IMG/VR virus record: IMGVR_UViG_2728369554_000020
DNA: 20,232 nt
Direction: 5' to 3' (one strand)
From: a virus
Lineage: Duplodnaviria; Heunggongvirae; Uroviricota; Caudoviricetes
In this document: positions 1 to 7,680 of the stretch, piece after piece
How positions within the stretch are numbered: the stretch's first letter is position 1
Layout: the number at the start of each line of letters is the position of its first letter
Translations under genes and position numbers: made by a program
Notes under the pieces: generated by a model
Seen by the model: only the letters and a program-made list of their open reading frames with translations
What the model was told of the DNA's origin: nothing
Databases searched by the model: none

Positions 1-282
1 TCATTTACTGGTATGAGTTCTGCATCGGGCTATTTCATTCCGGGCCTTACTGTCACCGCGACAGATACAACGCACCGTGTCTCCGGTCAGCGTGGTAATG
101 TAAGCCTCATCCTCTTTTTCTACCGAAATACATGGAATATCCCAGCCCCGGCAATACTCAATTTTTGCTGCCAAGTGAGTGTCACGCGGATAGAACTCCA
201 GACGATACATATCCCCCAGGACATGCACTTCCTCAACCTGACGGCCATCTTTAGTTACCGTTATTTTTTTCAGTGCGTACAT
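1..282 (-). CDS. hypothetical protein (93 aa) downstream of the endolysin
   Basis: ATG at 282 preceded by GGAGG (288-292) with 5-nt spacer; stop TGA at 3..1. No TM segment or lipobox seen, so not an obvious spanin. The track ORF starts further upstream at 360 but that extension overlaps the endolysin 3' end. Confidence 0.45.
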   Translation of the reverse strand: MYALKKITVTKDGRQVEEVHVLGDMYRLEFYPRDTHLAAKIEYCRGWDIPCISVEKEDEAYITTLTGDTVRCICRGDSKARNEIARCRTHTSK

Positions 283-312
283 ACGTACCTCCGTTCTTTC
301 GTTTTTTGAGTA

Positions 313-337
313 ATAAAAAAGGCCGCCACAGCGACCT
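313..337 (-). terminator. candidate intrinsic terminator after the endolysin gene
   Basis: Minus-strand RNA GGUCGC-UGUG-GCGGCC (6-bp stem with one G-U pair) followed by UUUUUU, between endolysin stop (350) and next start (282). Confidence 0.4.
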
Positions 338-349
338 TTGCCAGTACGT

Positions 350-895
350 TTACAAACCAACGCGCGCTTTCATCCAGCCATAGACAAACGACTCATTGGC
401 CTCGCGTTTCTCTGCCAGCTCCAGATAACGCTCGCCCTGCGTACAGTTCAGGGCTTTCACCAGTACCAGTTCACCATCCCTGCTGCGATTTTTCAGATAT
501 GCCCGTAACGCATTAAGAGTACGCGGCCCGATGCGTCCATCTGCATCCATATCCGGATAGAGTTTCCCGCGCAGGTTGAAAACGTTCAGCCAGCGTTGAA
601 GCATTCTGGACGCCACAGTTGGCCCCATGTTCACGCCCGTATCGCACAACTCTGAGGCAATATCCGGAGACAGGTTCGCAACCAGGTCGAATCGTGGTCC
701 GTACCAGTAGTCCGCCTCGAGTATTTCCAGCGCCTGCTCACGCGTCAGGTCACGCATATCGCCATGATAACCGTGTGCGCGGGCAACTTTTTCAGTAATG
801 CCCCATCTGGTCGGTCCACCTTTATCATCCGGATGATTGATGTAACCGCCCTCTTTTCCCAGAATTTCGTCAAAAATTTCATCTTTCGACTTCAT
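350..895 (-). CDS. endolysin, glycoside hydrolase family 108-like with C-terminal peptidoglycan-binding region
   Basis: N-terminal GGYINHPDDKGGPTRWGIT signature typical of GH108 lysozymes; ATG at 895 lies 1 nt after the TGA (899..897) of the upstream membrane protein gene (coupled). Alternative start at 916. Confidence 0.85.
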   Translation of the reverse strand: MKSKDEIFDEILGKEGGYINHPDDKGGPTRWGITEKVARAHGYHGDMRDLTREQALEILEADYWYGPRFDLVANLSPDIASELCDTGVNMGPTVASRMLQRWLNVFNLRGKLYPDMDADGRIGPRTLNALRAYLKNRSRDGELVLVKALNCTQGERYLELAEKREANESFVYGWMKARVGL

Positions 896-896
896 A

Positions 897-1175
897 TCAG
901 CGCCTTCGTAATACAAGGATTTTTGATACGTTCCCGCGTGCTCGTATCACCAGCACGCAGAACACCAGGTTAATCAGGACAACCAGCCAGTTACCTGGTG
1001 GGAAGCGACCACACAGATAACAAAGCGGTGCAAAAGCATAAAGCAGCATCAACAGCCAGGCCAGCCACGACATCAGCGGTTTATATCTCGACTCACCGCG
1101 ACGATAAAAAAAGAGCGTCAGCACGATAACCGAGCTTAACACCACATTCAGTAATCCGGGAAGGTTACTTAACAT
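897..1175 (-). CDS. small membrane protein with three hydrophobic segments, putative holin/antiholin
   Basis: ATG at 1175 preceded by GGAGG (5-nt spacer); 92 aa with three hydrophobic stretches and a basic C-terminus (RRR); sits immediately upstream of the endolysin. Confidence 0.55.
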   Translation of the reverse strand: MLSNLPGLLNVVLSSVIVLTLFFYRRGESRYKPLMSWLAWLLMLLYAFAPLCYLCGRFPPGNWLVVLINLVFCVLVIRARGNVSKILVLRRR

Positions 1176-1554
1176 TACCGCCTCCACCCCGCAGACGGGA
1201 GAACAGCCCGGATACCAGCGATGCGATATCCTGCTGGTGGATGAATGAGAGAATCTTCACCGACACCACCGATACCAGTACCGCGCAAAGCGCGTCGAGA
1301 GATGTGCTGTGGAGATTCAGTTTTTCGACCAGGTAAGACGCCATCACATCCGCCCCCAGTACGCCAACAATGAACGACACCAGAAAATGCGCTGCCACAC
1401 GCCAGACAGAAATCTTCTGTGGTATCGTGGCCACAAACAGCGCCCCTGCGAATGCGCCAAACACAATCCCGAAATTCGTTCCGGTAAACAGTCCAAATAT
1501 CGTCGCCCCGCCGAGTGCCGCAGCCGTGCCGGAACCGGATAAGGGTTCAGACAT
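1165..1554 (-). CDS. glycine-rich multi-TM membrane protein, putative holin
   Basis: ATG at 1554 preceded by AGGAG (9-nt spacer); 129 aa with several hydrophobic Gly/Ala-rich segments; first gene of the lysis cluster. The track ORF extension to 1971 has no RBS and crosses two terminators. Confidence 0.6.
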   Translation of the reverse strand: MSEPLSGSGTAAALGGATIFGLFTGTNFGIVFGAFAGALFVATIPQKISVWRVAAHFLVSFIVGVLGADVMASYLVEKLNLHSTSLDALCAVLVSVVSVKILSFIHQQDIASLVSGLFSRLRGGGGNVK

Positions 1555-1570
1555 ACTTTTTCTCCTGTAA

Positions 1571-1594
1571 ATAAAAAAGGGCCTCTGTCGGCCC
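1571..1594 (-). terminator. intrinsic terminator about 20 nt upstream of the lysis cassette
   Basis: Minus-strand hairpin GGGCCGACAGAGGCCC followed by TTTTTTATTT. Confidence 0.5.
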
Positions 1595-1721
1595 GTAAAA
1601 AAACACCCCGTCAAAGGCACCCGCAGATACCTTTTGTGTGGTGTTATCTGGTGTTTTCTGATGTGATGTGTACAGGACACAGATGTGAAAAAGGTCCGCC
1701 GGTACGAACCCTGTGCATGGA

Positions 1722-1749
1722 TAAAAAAAATGCCCGTCAGGAGACGGGC
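1722..1749 (-). terminator. intrinsic terminator (second of a tandem pair upstream of the lysis genes)
   Basis: Minus-strand hairpin GCCCGTCTCCTGACGGGC followed by TTTTTTTT. Confidence 0.5.
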
Positions 1750-1802
1750 TAAAACATTCATCATGCAAGAGTTAAGCAGGATTACTTGTATCGAATTATC
1801 GG

Positions 1803-1881
1803 TATCAGAATGAGTCGTCAACCTGCAACCGCAATTCTGACGAATCGTAGGCCCCGGTACAGGCGACGACTCATTCTGATA
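1803..1881. repeat. 17-bp perfect inverted repeat (TATCAGAATGAGTCGTC / GACGACTCATTCTGATA) with 45-bp spacer
   Basis: Arms at 1803-1819 and 1865-1881 are exact reverse complements; the spacer holds a partial third copy (AATTCTGACGAATCG). Confidence 0.8.
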
Positions 1882-2031
1882 ACGCATACCATTAACAATG
1901 TAAAAAACACAGCACTGAAACTGTAACCGCCGGCCAGGCATTACAGAATGAAGAAAATAAAGTGTCCGCAACCAGATTCTTCACGAAAATTCGCCAGTGC
2001 TGATAATAAAGCTATGACTCATCAGTTTTAC

Positions 2032-2107
2032 TGGAGAGCGGTGGCGGGAATCGAACCCGCATCATCAGCCTGGAAAGCTGAGGTAATAGCCATTATACGA
2101 TACCCGC
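2032..2107 (-). tRNA. tRNA-Gly(UCC)-like element, probably degenerate at the 3' acceptor strand
   Basis: Hand fold of the minus strand: acceptor 5' GCGGGTA, 3-bp D stem, anticodon stem TCAGC/GCTGA with loop TTTCCAG (anticodon UCC), T arm GCGGG-TTCGATT-CCCGC; the following CACCGCTCTCCA does not pair canonically with the 5' acceptor strand. The 5' ~65 nt closely match my recollection of E. coli glyT. Confidence 0.5.
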
Positions 2108-2324
2108 ATACTGTACTGGCTTCCGGAATCACACGAATTACCAGGAAAGCCAGCACTGGTCCTTCAGACGGTAGTAACGCCCCTGTGAACACAAAAATAA
2201 CCGTCTTCCGGACCAGTCAGAATACTAACGACAGTTTTTCAGACATCAAAAATATATTTGGTGTTCAGTTTTAAATATGTGTATACATCTGTATCAGAAA
2301 TATACAACTTATATCATCACTGAA

Positions 2325-3371
2325 TTAAAAATCTTTCGTTATTTCTCTGACCGTCTGATTAAAACGTTCCTCTTCCAGTTCCACGCCAATCGCCCTGCGT
2401 TCCAGCGACAGTGCTGCTTTTATTGTCGACCCCGACCCCATAAAAAAATCTGCGACCAAATCGCCTGGACGGCTGCTGGCAGTAATTATCTGACGCAACA
2501 TATCCGCCGGTTTTTCACAGGGATGTTTGCCCGGATAATACTGCACGGGCTTGTGCGTCCAGACATCCGTATAAGGAACGACAGCCGATACGGAAAAATA
2601 ACGCCGCAGTGATTTGTATTCCTCCAGCAGGCTGGCATATTGCCGGTTCAGTTCGCTGTATGTGCTGACCAGCTGGTGGTGTGGCTGCTCCAGTTCACCG
2701 CGCTGGTGTTTTTCTGCCGCCACACGTGCAAACAGCGCCTGCAGTTTACTGTAATCGGCCTCATTCGGTAACTGCCACTGACTGGTACCAAACCAGTGCG
2801 AAGCCATGTTTTTCTTTCCGGTGGCTTCTGCTATCTGTTTTGACGTTATCCCCAGTGATTCACGCGCATCACGGAAGTAAGAAATCAGCGGGGCCATCAC
2901 GTGCTGTTTAAGCTCGTGCCCCTTTGCCGCATAGCCGTCATTTTTTGGCTGGTATGGCCCCTGATAATGTTCAGCAAACAGAATGCGCTCTGTTGCCGGG
3001 AAATATGCCCGTAAACTTTCCTTATTGCACCCGTTCCAGCGTCCGGACGGCTTCGCCCAGATAATGTGGTTCAACACATTAAAACGTTCACGCATCATGA
3101 GTTCAATATCTGATGCCAGTCGATGGCCACAGAACAGGTAGAGACTTCCGGCAGGTTTCAGTACCCGCCAGAACTGCGCCAGACACTGAGCCAGCCATTT
3201 CAGGTAATCATCGTCCCCCTTCCACTGGTTATCCCAGCCCTCGGGCTTCACTTTAAAGTATGGCGGGTCTGTGACTATCAAATCGACAGAGTTTTCCGGT
3301 AAGGTCCGGATAAATTCCAGGCAATCAGCGTTGATTAACTCACAACTGGATATTTTTACAGTATTAGCCAT
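2325..3371 (-). CDS. DNA methyltransferase (N6-adenine/N4-cytosine type, beta-class motif order)
   Basis: 348 aa; DPPY motif (LIVTDPPYF) near the N-terminus and FxGxG (DFFMGSGST) near the C-terminus; no adjacent restriction endonuclease ORF. Confidence 0.85.
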   Translation of the reverse strand: MANTVKISSCELINADCLEFIRTLPENSVDLIVTDPPYFKVKPEGWDNQWKGDDDYLKWLAQCLAQFWRVLKPAGSLYLFCGHRLASDIELMMRERFNVLNHIIWAKPSGRWNGCNKESLRAYFPATERILFAEHYQGPYQPKNDGYAAKGHELKQHVMAPLISYFRDARESLGITSKQIAEATGKKNMASHWFGTSQWQLPNEADYSKLQALFARVAAEKHQRGELEQPHHQLVSTYSELNRQYASLLEEYKSLRRYFSVSAVVPYTDVWTHKPVQYYPGKHPCEKPADMLRQIITASSRPGDLVADFFMGSGSTIKAALSLERRAIGVELEEERFNQTVREITKDF

Positions 3372-3469
3372 AGATCAGTAAGCACTTCTCTGATAGGCTC
3401 ATACCGCTTTTGCGCAAAGCAGATGGCTGGCAGGTGCCGCTAACACCCACCAGCCGCCCATTACCACAA

Positions 3470-3496
3470 ATAAAAAAGCCTTCACTGCGGAAGGCG
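3470..3496 (-). terminator. intrinsic terminator at the end of the small winged-helix gene
   Basis: Minus-strand hairpin GCCTTCCGCAGTGAAGGC followed by TTTTTTATTT, overlapping the stop codon at 3482-3484. Confidence 0.45.
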
Positions 3497-3679
3497 TCTG
3501 TAACAACCGAACTGATAATCTGCCAGACCCGCCATAACAAGCTGGGTCAGTATTAACTGGCAGCGTTCGCGTGAAAGGTAAGTATTCTGCGCAATTTCCC
3601 CGACGGTCGCCGGTTCGGTGACGCTTAATTCATTAAACACCACTCTGGCGGTTTCGGTCATATCCTGCTGTTTTAGCAT
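3482..3679 (-). CDS. small winged-helix-like protein (65 aa), putative DNA-binding regulator
   Basis: ATG at 3679 with AAGGA about 10 nt upstream; segment PATVGEIAQNTYLSRERCQLILTQLVMAGL resembles a winged HTH. The track ORF start at 3772 has no RBS. Confidence 0.45.
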   Translation of the reverse strand: MLKQQDMTETARVVFNELSVTEPATVGEIAQNTYLSRERCQLILTQLVMAGLADYQFGCYRRLPQ

Positions 3680-3800
3680 GTCTTTTTTCCTTTTCTGGTT
3701 AACGTGACATACCAATAACTCTTGTCCAAAAAGCCAGCAAGCTGAAAGACCAGTATTAATAACCACCAGCACATTTAACGCACTGCGCTACTTTGCGGGC

Positions 3801-3827
3801 ACAAAAAACCCGCTCAGAGGCGGGTTC
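3801..3827 (-). terminator. intrinsic terminator downstream of the CPBP gene
   Basis: Minus-strand hairpin AACCCGCCTCTGAGCGGGTT followed by TTTTTTGT. Confidence 0.5.
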
Positions 3828-3965
3828 AGGCTATGAGGTGAAATAACCACTCTTAAAAGCATACATGATTTTTTACGTACGTAAATGCTTTGCCGTGCAT
3901 ATTTCTCATGCAAATGTCACATCCTGTTATTTTTCAGTGTTATAAATTTAAAGCCATAGAAAAAA

Positions 3966-4784
3966 TCAATTATGTTTTAAGAATGGATAGGTAAAGAATA
4001 ACAAGTGACACAGATTCAGACCAAAATGGAAAAGGGTTGCCACCCACAAGCGCCCACTCCACATCCATGACAATCCATACACAACACCAGATAACGTGGC
4101 AAATAATACAAGTAAAGCACCACCTGAATAGTGAAAAAAACCAAACAACAAAGACGCCACAATTAACGCAATCAATGGAGACGTTACTTCTGATAGCCGT
4201 GATTGAATATACCCTCTAAATAATGATTCCTCTGCCAGAGACACAAAAAACAAATTAGCCAATATAAACTCTGGCAACCACTCAGGAAAATGAATCTCTG
4301 GTTTTAACCCACCAAAAAAAACAGCCAAAAACAGGATAAGAGGAACAGAGAGCAACAGAGCCCCCCATTTCCACAAAGACACTTCTGATTTCACTTCTTT
4401 TTTAAACAAAGAAGCTGTACACAGGACTAACAAAAATGGCACCAGCGCTTTATCAAAATTAAAATACATTGTATAGGGAGTGCTTTGAGGTCCGACAGTA
4501 ACAGACTTTAGCACTACAGGATTGTGAAACCCTGGCCATAAATGGAAAGATAATGCTATGGCTGATAAAACTATGCCAGCTTCATATATGGATTTAGCCC
4601 AGGCGTTATATTTCCAGTTGAACTTCAAAATAATAAAAAAAACGATTGTAGAAACAAAAAACAACACAGGCCAATCAATAATATCATTAAGCATAGCCAG
4701 GACAACAGACACCGTTAACAATGAAAAAGCCACTACCTTATGCCAACTGAGAGTTGACAGTGCCAGTGCTAACACAATCCACAT
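3966..4784 (-). CDS. CPBP-family intramembrane metalloprotease (Abi / CAAX-protease-like)
   Basis: 272 aa multi-TM protein with EExxxR (EESLFRG), FxxxH (FGFFH) and HxxxN (HFGLN) motifs in the expected order; ATG at 4784 preceded by AAGGAG; clearly AT-rich relative to flanking phage genes. Confidence 0.8.
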   Translation of the reverse strand: MWIVLALALSTLSWHKVVAFSLLTVSVVLAMLNDIIDWPVLFFVSTIVFFIILKFNWKYNAWAKSIYEAGIVLSAIALSFHLWPGFHNPVVLKSVTVGPQSTPYTMYFNFDKALVPFLLVLCTASLFKKEVKSEVSLWKWGALLLSVPLILFLAVFFGGLKPEIHFPEWLPEFILANLFFVSLAEESLFRGYIQSRLSEVTSPLIALIVASLLFGFFHYSGGALLVLFATLSGVVYGLSWMWSGRLWVATLFHFGLNLCHLLFFTYPFLKHN

Positions 4785-4815
4785 AAACACTCCTTTTATT
4801 TAATGATGAAGCTTG

Positions 4816-4844
4816 ATTATCAATATTTTCAATTCACCTGACAA
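4816..4844 (-). promoter_or_regulatory. candidate sigma70 promoter between Q and the CPBP gene (possible late promoter pR' analogue)
   Basis: Minus-strand TTGTCA (4844..4839), 17-nt spacer, GATAAT (4821..4816); about 30 nt upstream of the CPBP start. Confidence 0.3.
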
Positions 4845-4936
4845 CATTTTGTTTACTTTCCATGGGATTTACGATCACAAAAAATAAACACATTGATTAT
4901 AAACACAGAAAACATAACCATAGTCACTATATATCC

Positions 4937-5311
4937 CTACCGCATATCCATATCTAACCTAACATTCAGAGCCATAAGCATTCCTTCAATAATACCTTCC
5001 GCTTTATAAAGTCTTTTACCAATAAACCCATCAGAACATCTATGCTTACGTGCAAGAGCCATAAATGTCATTCCACCTACGTAATAATCCACCAACAAAT
5101 CGTGCAAATACTGATTATTCTTGTTTAATCGTGCCATACAGCCACAAATTATCATGGCGTCATCATCAGAACACTGAGGACGTGATTTCACTTTAGTCGG
5201 GATTAATCCTTTAAAACCAGCAGCTATCGAGGGCCATGTTACATCTTCATGATTATTTGCTGCCCATGCTCCCCACCGCTCCATAACCAGCTGAATATCA
5301 CGCAACATCAT
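4937..5311 (-). CDS. late-gene antitermination protein Q (phage 82 / QuuD-like family)
   Basis: 124 aa; N-terminal [23 protein letters not shown] and central [14 protein letters not shown] match my recollection of the Q82/QuuD family; lies upstream of the late/lysis region and overlaps the end of rusA. Confidence 0.75.
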   Translation of the reverse strand: MMLRDIQLVMERWGAWAANNHEDVTWPSIAAGFKGLIPTKVKSRPQCSDDDAMIICGCMARLNKNNQYLHDLLVDYYVGGMTFMALARKHRCSDGFIGKRLYKAEGIIEGMLMALNVRLDMDMR

Positions 5312-5675
5312 TACATCCTCTTATTACGAATATATTCACACCCAGTCGCCCACCGCAAACAGGCAAACCACGCACAATATTGATTTCATCAAACTGCTCG
5401 TCGTCTATGAGTAATCCGGCATGGGTCAGTGCATCCAGTGGTGCTTTCAGGATATTGTCCAGGTCACGACGGCGCTTATCCGGTGGCTCTGCAATAATCT
5501 TTATCGCCAGCCTTCCGGACAGGTTTAATTTCAGCCGCTGCTGGCGAACAATTAGCGCCACATCACGGCGATAACGCTCACCGACTTTTGATACAAAATA
5601 TGTGCTGCCACGACGTCGCCAGTAGGTGTTCACCGTTGGCGGGTAAGGCAAAACAAATTCTATGCGTTCAGTCAT
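5298..5675 (-). CDS. rusA: RusA-family Holliday junction resolvase
   Basis: 125 aa; [15 protein letters not shown]-terminus and acidic core [16 protein letters not shown] typical of RusA; ATG at 5675 directly follows the DUF968 gene stop. Confidence 0.85.
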   Translation of the reverse strand: MTERIEFVLPYPPTVNTYWRRRGSTYFVSKVGERYRRDVALIVRQQRLKLNLSGRLAIKIIAEPPDKRRRDLDNILKAPLDALTHAGLLIDDEQFDEINIVRGLPVCGGRLGVNIFVIRGCNDVA

Positions 5676-6734
5676 TCATGCTTTCCACTTCAGGACACCC
5701 GAATTTCTCGCGTGCATTAAAAAACGAATCAGCAACAACAGCTGGCTGCCGTGTTTTTCTTCAAAATCTTTTACCCCGGCGTGTAGTTCGTTATGGCATT
5801 TACGGCACAGCGGAATAACAAACAAATCGTCAGCCTTTGTCCCCATTCCTCCCAGTCCATGACCAATGATGTGATGCGGATCATCTGCCTGAGCGCCACA
5901 CGTCATGCATTTCTGCGTTTTTACCCAGCGCGTGTATACGGGCATCTCTTCCCGTTGTGGTTTCTGGCGCTGGAGATACTGAGCAGGTGCCTCCGGATCA
6001 ACGGCGATGCTTACTACCGCCTTTTCCTGTGGTGGGGTTTGTTGCTGGTGGGTGTGAGGCAACGGCACAAGATTTTTTGTGCGCTGCTTCAATATGCTGG
6101 TTGCGGTCTGCTCTCCCGGTACGATGTCGCTTTCGCGGTAAACCGAGCGGATTTTTTCCGCACGCAACCCCAGAGAACGACGTAATACTGCCTCCGGTAG
6201 CGCGTCCGCCACCTGATTGCAGACCGCCCACCAGGATAATTCAGCCAGCGATAATTCCCGTTCCTGTGTACCGTTCATTGCATGACGTATGACGTCAATC
6301 ATCCAGGCTGTCAGATTTTGTTGAGCAAGCTGCCCGAGTGATTCGGATGTCTGGTCACGCAGCTGGTTGTCGCAGTGCCAGCACAACACCATTGCGCCGG
6401 TACCGTAACGATGTATGACGATTTCACTGTGATGATAGTCACCATGAGGCCACTGGCAGGATTTGACATGACGCAACAGCCAGTCAGACAGTGCCCCAGC
6501 GCCGCCAGCAGCACGAATCACCCGCTCATCGCTGAAAAATGGCAGTAATGATTTATCCTCCGCCAGCGGCTGGCGAACGGCAGGGACGACTCCGGATGGC
6601 AGGCCGCACATGCTTTTCGGTTCCGGCTCCACCAGCACTCGAGGATTGTGAAATACCTGCATGGATTCACGACCTGGCTTAAGGACCACCAGCCCGAGTT
6701 CCGGTACCAGAACAGGTCGAAGTAATACCCGCAC
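5676..6734 (-). CDS. DUF968-like protein with C-terminal Cys/His zinc-binding motif (YdfU-like)
   Basis: GTG start at 6734 with GGAGG 4 nt upstream; C-terminal CMTCGAQADDPHHIIGHGLGG...LCRKCHNELH motif. Confidence 0.7.
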   Translation of the reverse strand: MRVLLRPVLVPELGLVVLKPGRESMQVFHNPRVLVEPEPKSMCGLPSGVVPAVRQPLAEDKSLLPFFSDERVIRAAGGAGALSDWLLRHVKSCQWPHGDYHHSEIVIHRYGTGAMVLCWHCDNQLRDQTSESLGQLAQQNLTAWMIDVIRHAMNGTQERELSLAELSWWAVCNQVADALPEAVLRRSLGLRAEKIRSVYRESDIVPGEQTATSILKQRTKNLVPLPHTHQQQTPPQEKAVVSIAVDPEAPAQYLQRQKPQREEMPVYTRWVKTQKCMTCGAQADDPHHIIGHGLGGMGTKADDLFVIPLCRKCHNELHAGVKDFEEKHGSQLLLLIRFLMHARNSGVLKWKA

Positions 6735-6735
6735 G

Positions 6736-7008
6736 TTACCTCCAGATCCGTTGCTGGAATGTGCGGGACGGACGCGGTGGGCGTTCGGAGTAAGGAAGCC
6801 TGACGTAGATTATCCAGTGACGATAATCGAGGGTGAGGGCTTTCCTAAACTCATACCCGCGTCTGCGGTAGTTCTGAATCAGCCATTCGGCCTGTTCTTC
6901 AGTGCAGGGGTCATGCTGATACCAGTCATATTTGAATGTGTGAGAACGCCGCCCGTATCTGCTGGCAGGGGCGGCATCAGAATTGTTAATTTTCTTGTAA
7001 TGCACCAC
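6736..7008 (-). CDS. hypothetical phage protein (90 aa)
   Basis: GTG start at 7008 with GAGGA 7 nt upstream; stop TAA 1 nt before the DUF968 start (coupled). Confidence 0.45.
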   Translation of the reverse strand: MVHYKKINNSDAAPASRYGRRSHTFKYDWYQHDPCTEEQAEWLIQNYRRRGYEFRKALTLDYRHWIIYVRLPYSERPPRPSRTFQQRIWR

Positions 7009-7074
7009 TACTATCCTCGTAATGGTGCGACAGACGCCAGTTGTTCAGGCTGGCTTTAACTACAACATTATAAT

Positions 7075-7269
7075 CTAGTCTTTCTTAATGCTGAAGTGAC
7101 TGACCGAATCCGCATGCGATTCTTTGGTGATCAGAATAACATCGGATGGCAATGGCATTACGATAAACTCACCATTCTCAAGAACTATTACTTCATAATT
7201 ACCTGGTATAGAAAGCGCAGCAATTAATTCCTTATCGTTCATAACCAAAATCCCGTGAACTTTAAACAC
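7075..7269 (-). CDS. hypothetical small protein (64 aa; start uncertain)
   Basis: ORF with GTG at 7269 immediately after an AAGGGGAG motif, or ATG at 7242 with no RBS; no recognisable motif. Confidence 0.35.
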   Translation of the reverse strand: MFKVHGILVMNDKELIAALSIPGNYEVIVLENGEFIVMPLPSDVILITKESHADSVSHFSIKKD

Positions 7270-7400
7270 CTCCCCTTAAGGGGACCATCCTTATTCTCCC
7301 TGCGCGCCAATCAAGTAATGAGATTCTATTTCCCCCGTAATTAGCCTCAAGAACAACAAATCACAAAAACACAAAAAGCCTGTTTGATTAAAAATAATCG

Positions 7401-7427
7401 TAACAAAAAACCCGCCGAAGCGGGTTA
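7401..7427 (-). terminator. intrinsic terminator downstream of the hok-like gene
   Basis: Minus-strand hairpin AACCCGCTTCGGCGGGTT followed by TTTTTTGTTA. Confidence 0.5.
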
Positions 7428-7494
7428 AGTGCGGGTGCGTTGAGGATGCCTGACACATCAGAGGTGGCGAGGGATTTCTCCCCCGCCAGGTCTC

Positions 7495-7680
7495 TTACTC
7501 CTCAGATTCGTAAGCTGTGAAGACAGCGACCTCCGTCTGGCCGGTTCGGATTCGTACCTCGCAGAGGTCTTTCCTCGTTACCAGNNNNNNNNNNNNNNNN
7601 NNNNNNNNNNNNNNNNNNNNNNNNNNNNNNNNNNNNNNNNNNNNNNNNNNNGCGATTAACATCGCCTTTTGCTGCTTCAT
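7495..7680 (-). CDS. hok: Hok/Gef-family type I toxin, interrupted by a run of N
   Basis: N-terminal MKQQKAMLI and C-terminal LVTRKDLCEVRIRTGQTEVAVFTAYESEE flank the N run and match the Hok family as I recall it; ATG at 7680 with AAGGAG upstream. Confidence 0.6.
   Translation of the reverse strand: MKQQKAMLIXXXXXXXXXXXXXXXXXXXXXXXLVTRKDLCEVRIRTGQTEVAVFTAYESEE
7575..7651. other. run of 77 N (masked or unresolved sequence) inside the hok-like gene
   Basis: Literal n characters at 7575-7651. Confidence 1.

Noticed and set aside
13-309. 98-aa plus-strand ORF
   Set aside because: Antisense to the better-supported 1-282 gene and its RBS, no SD of its own, low-complexity translation.
1555-1971. 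N-terminal extension of the holin ORF (track ORF 1165-1971)
   Set aside because: The extension crosses two intrinsic terminators and has no RBS; the internal ATG at 1554 has AGGAG and begins the hydrophobic domain.
1948-2274. 108-aa plus-strand ORF
   Set aside because: Overlaps the tRNA-like element on the opposite strand; no RBS; likely a chance ORF.
5793-6292. Plus- and minus-strand ORFs (130, 111 and 77 aa) inside the DUF968 gene
   Set aside because: Embedded in a GC-rich coding region with a clear long frame on the minus strand; Pro/Gly/Arg-rich translations typical of off-frame readings.
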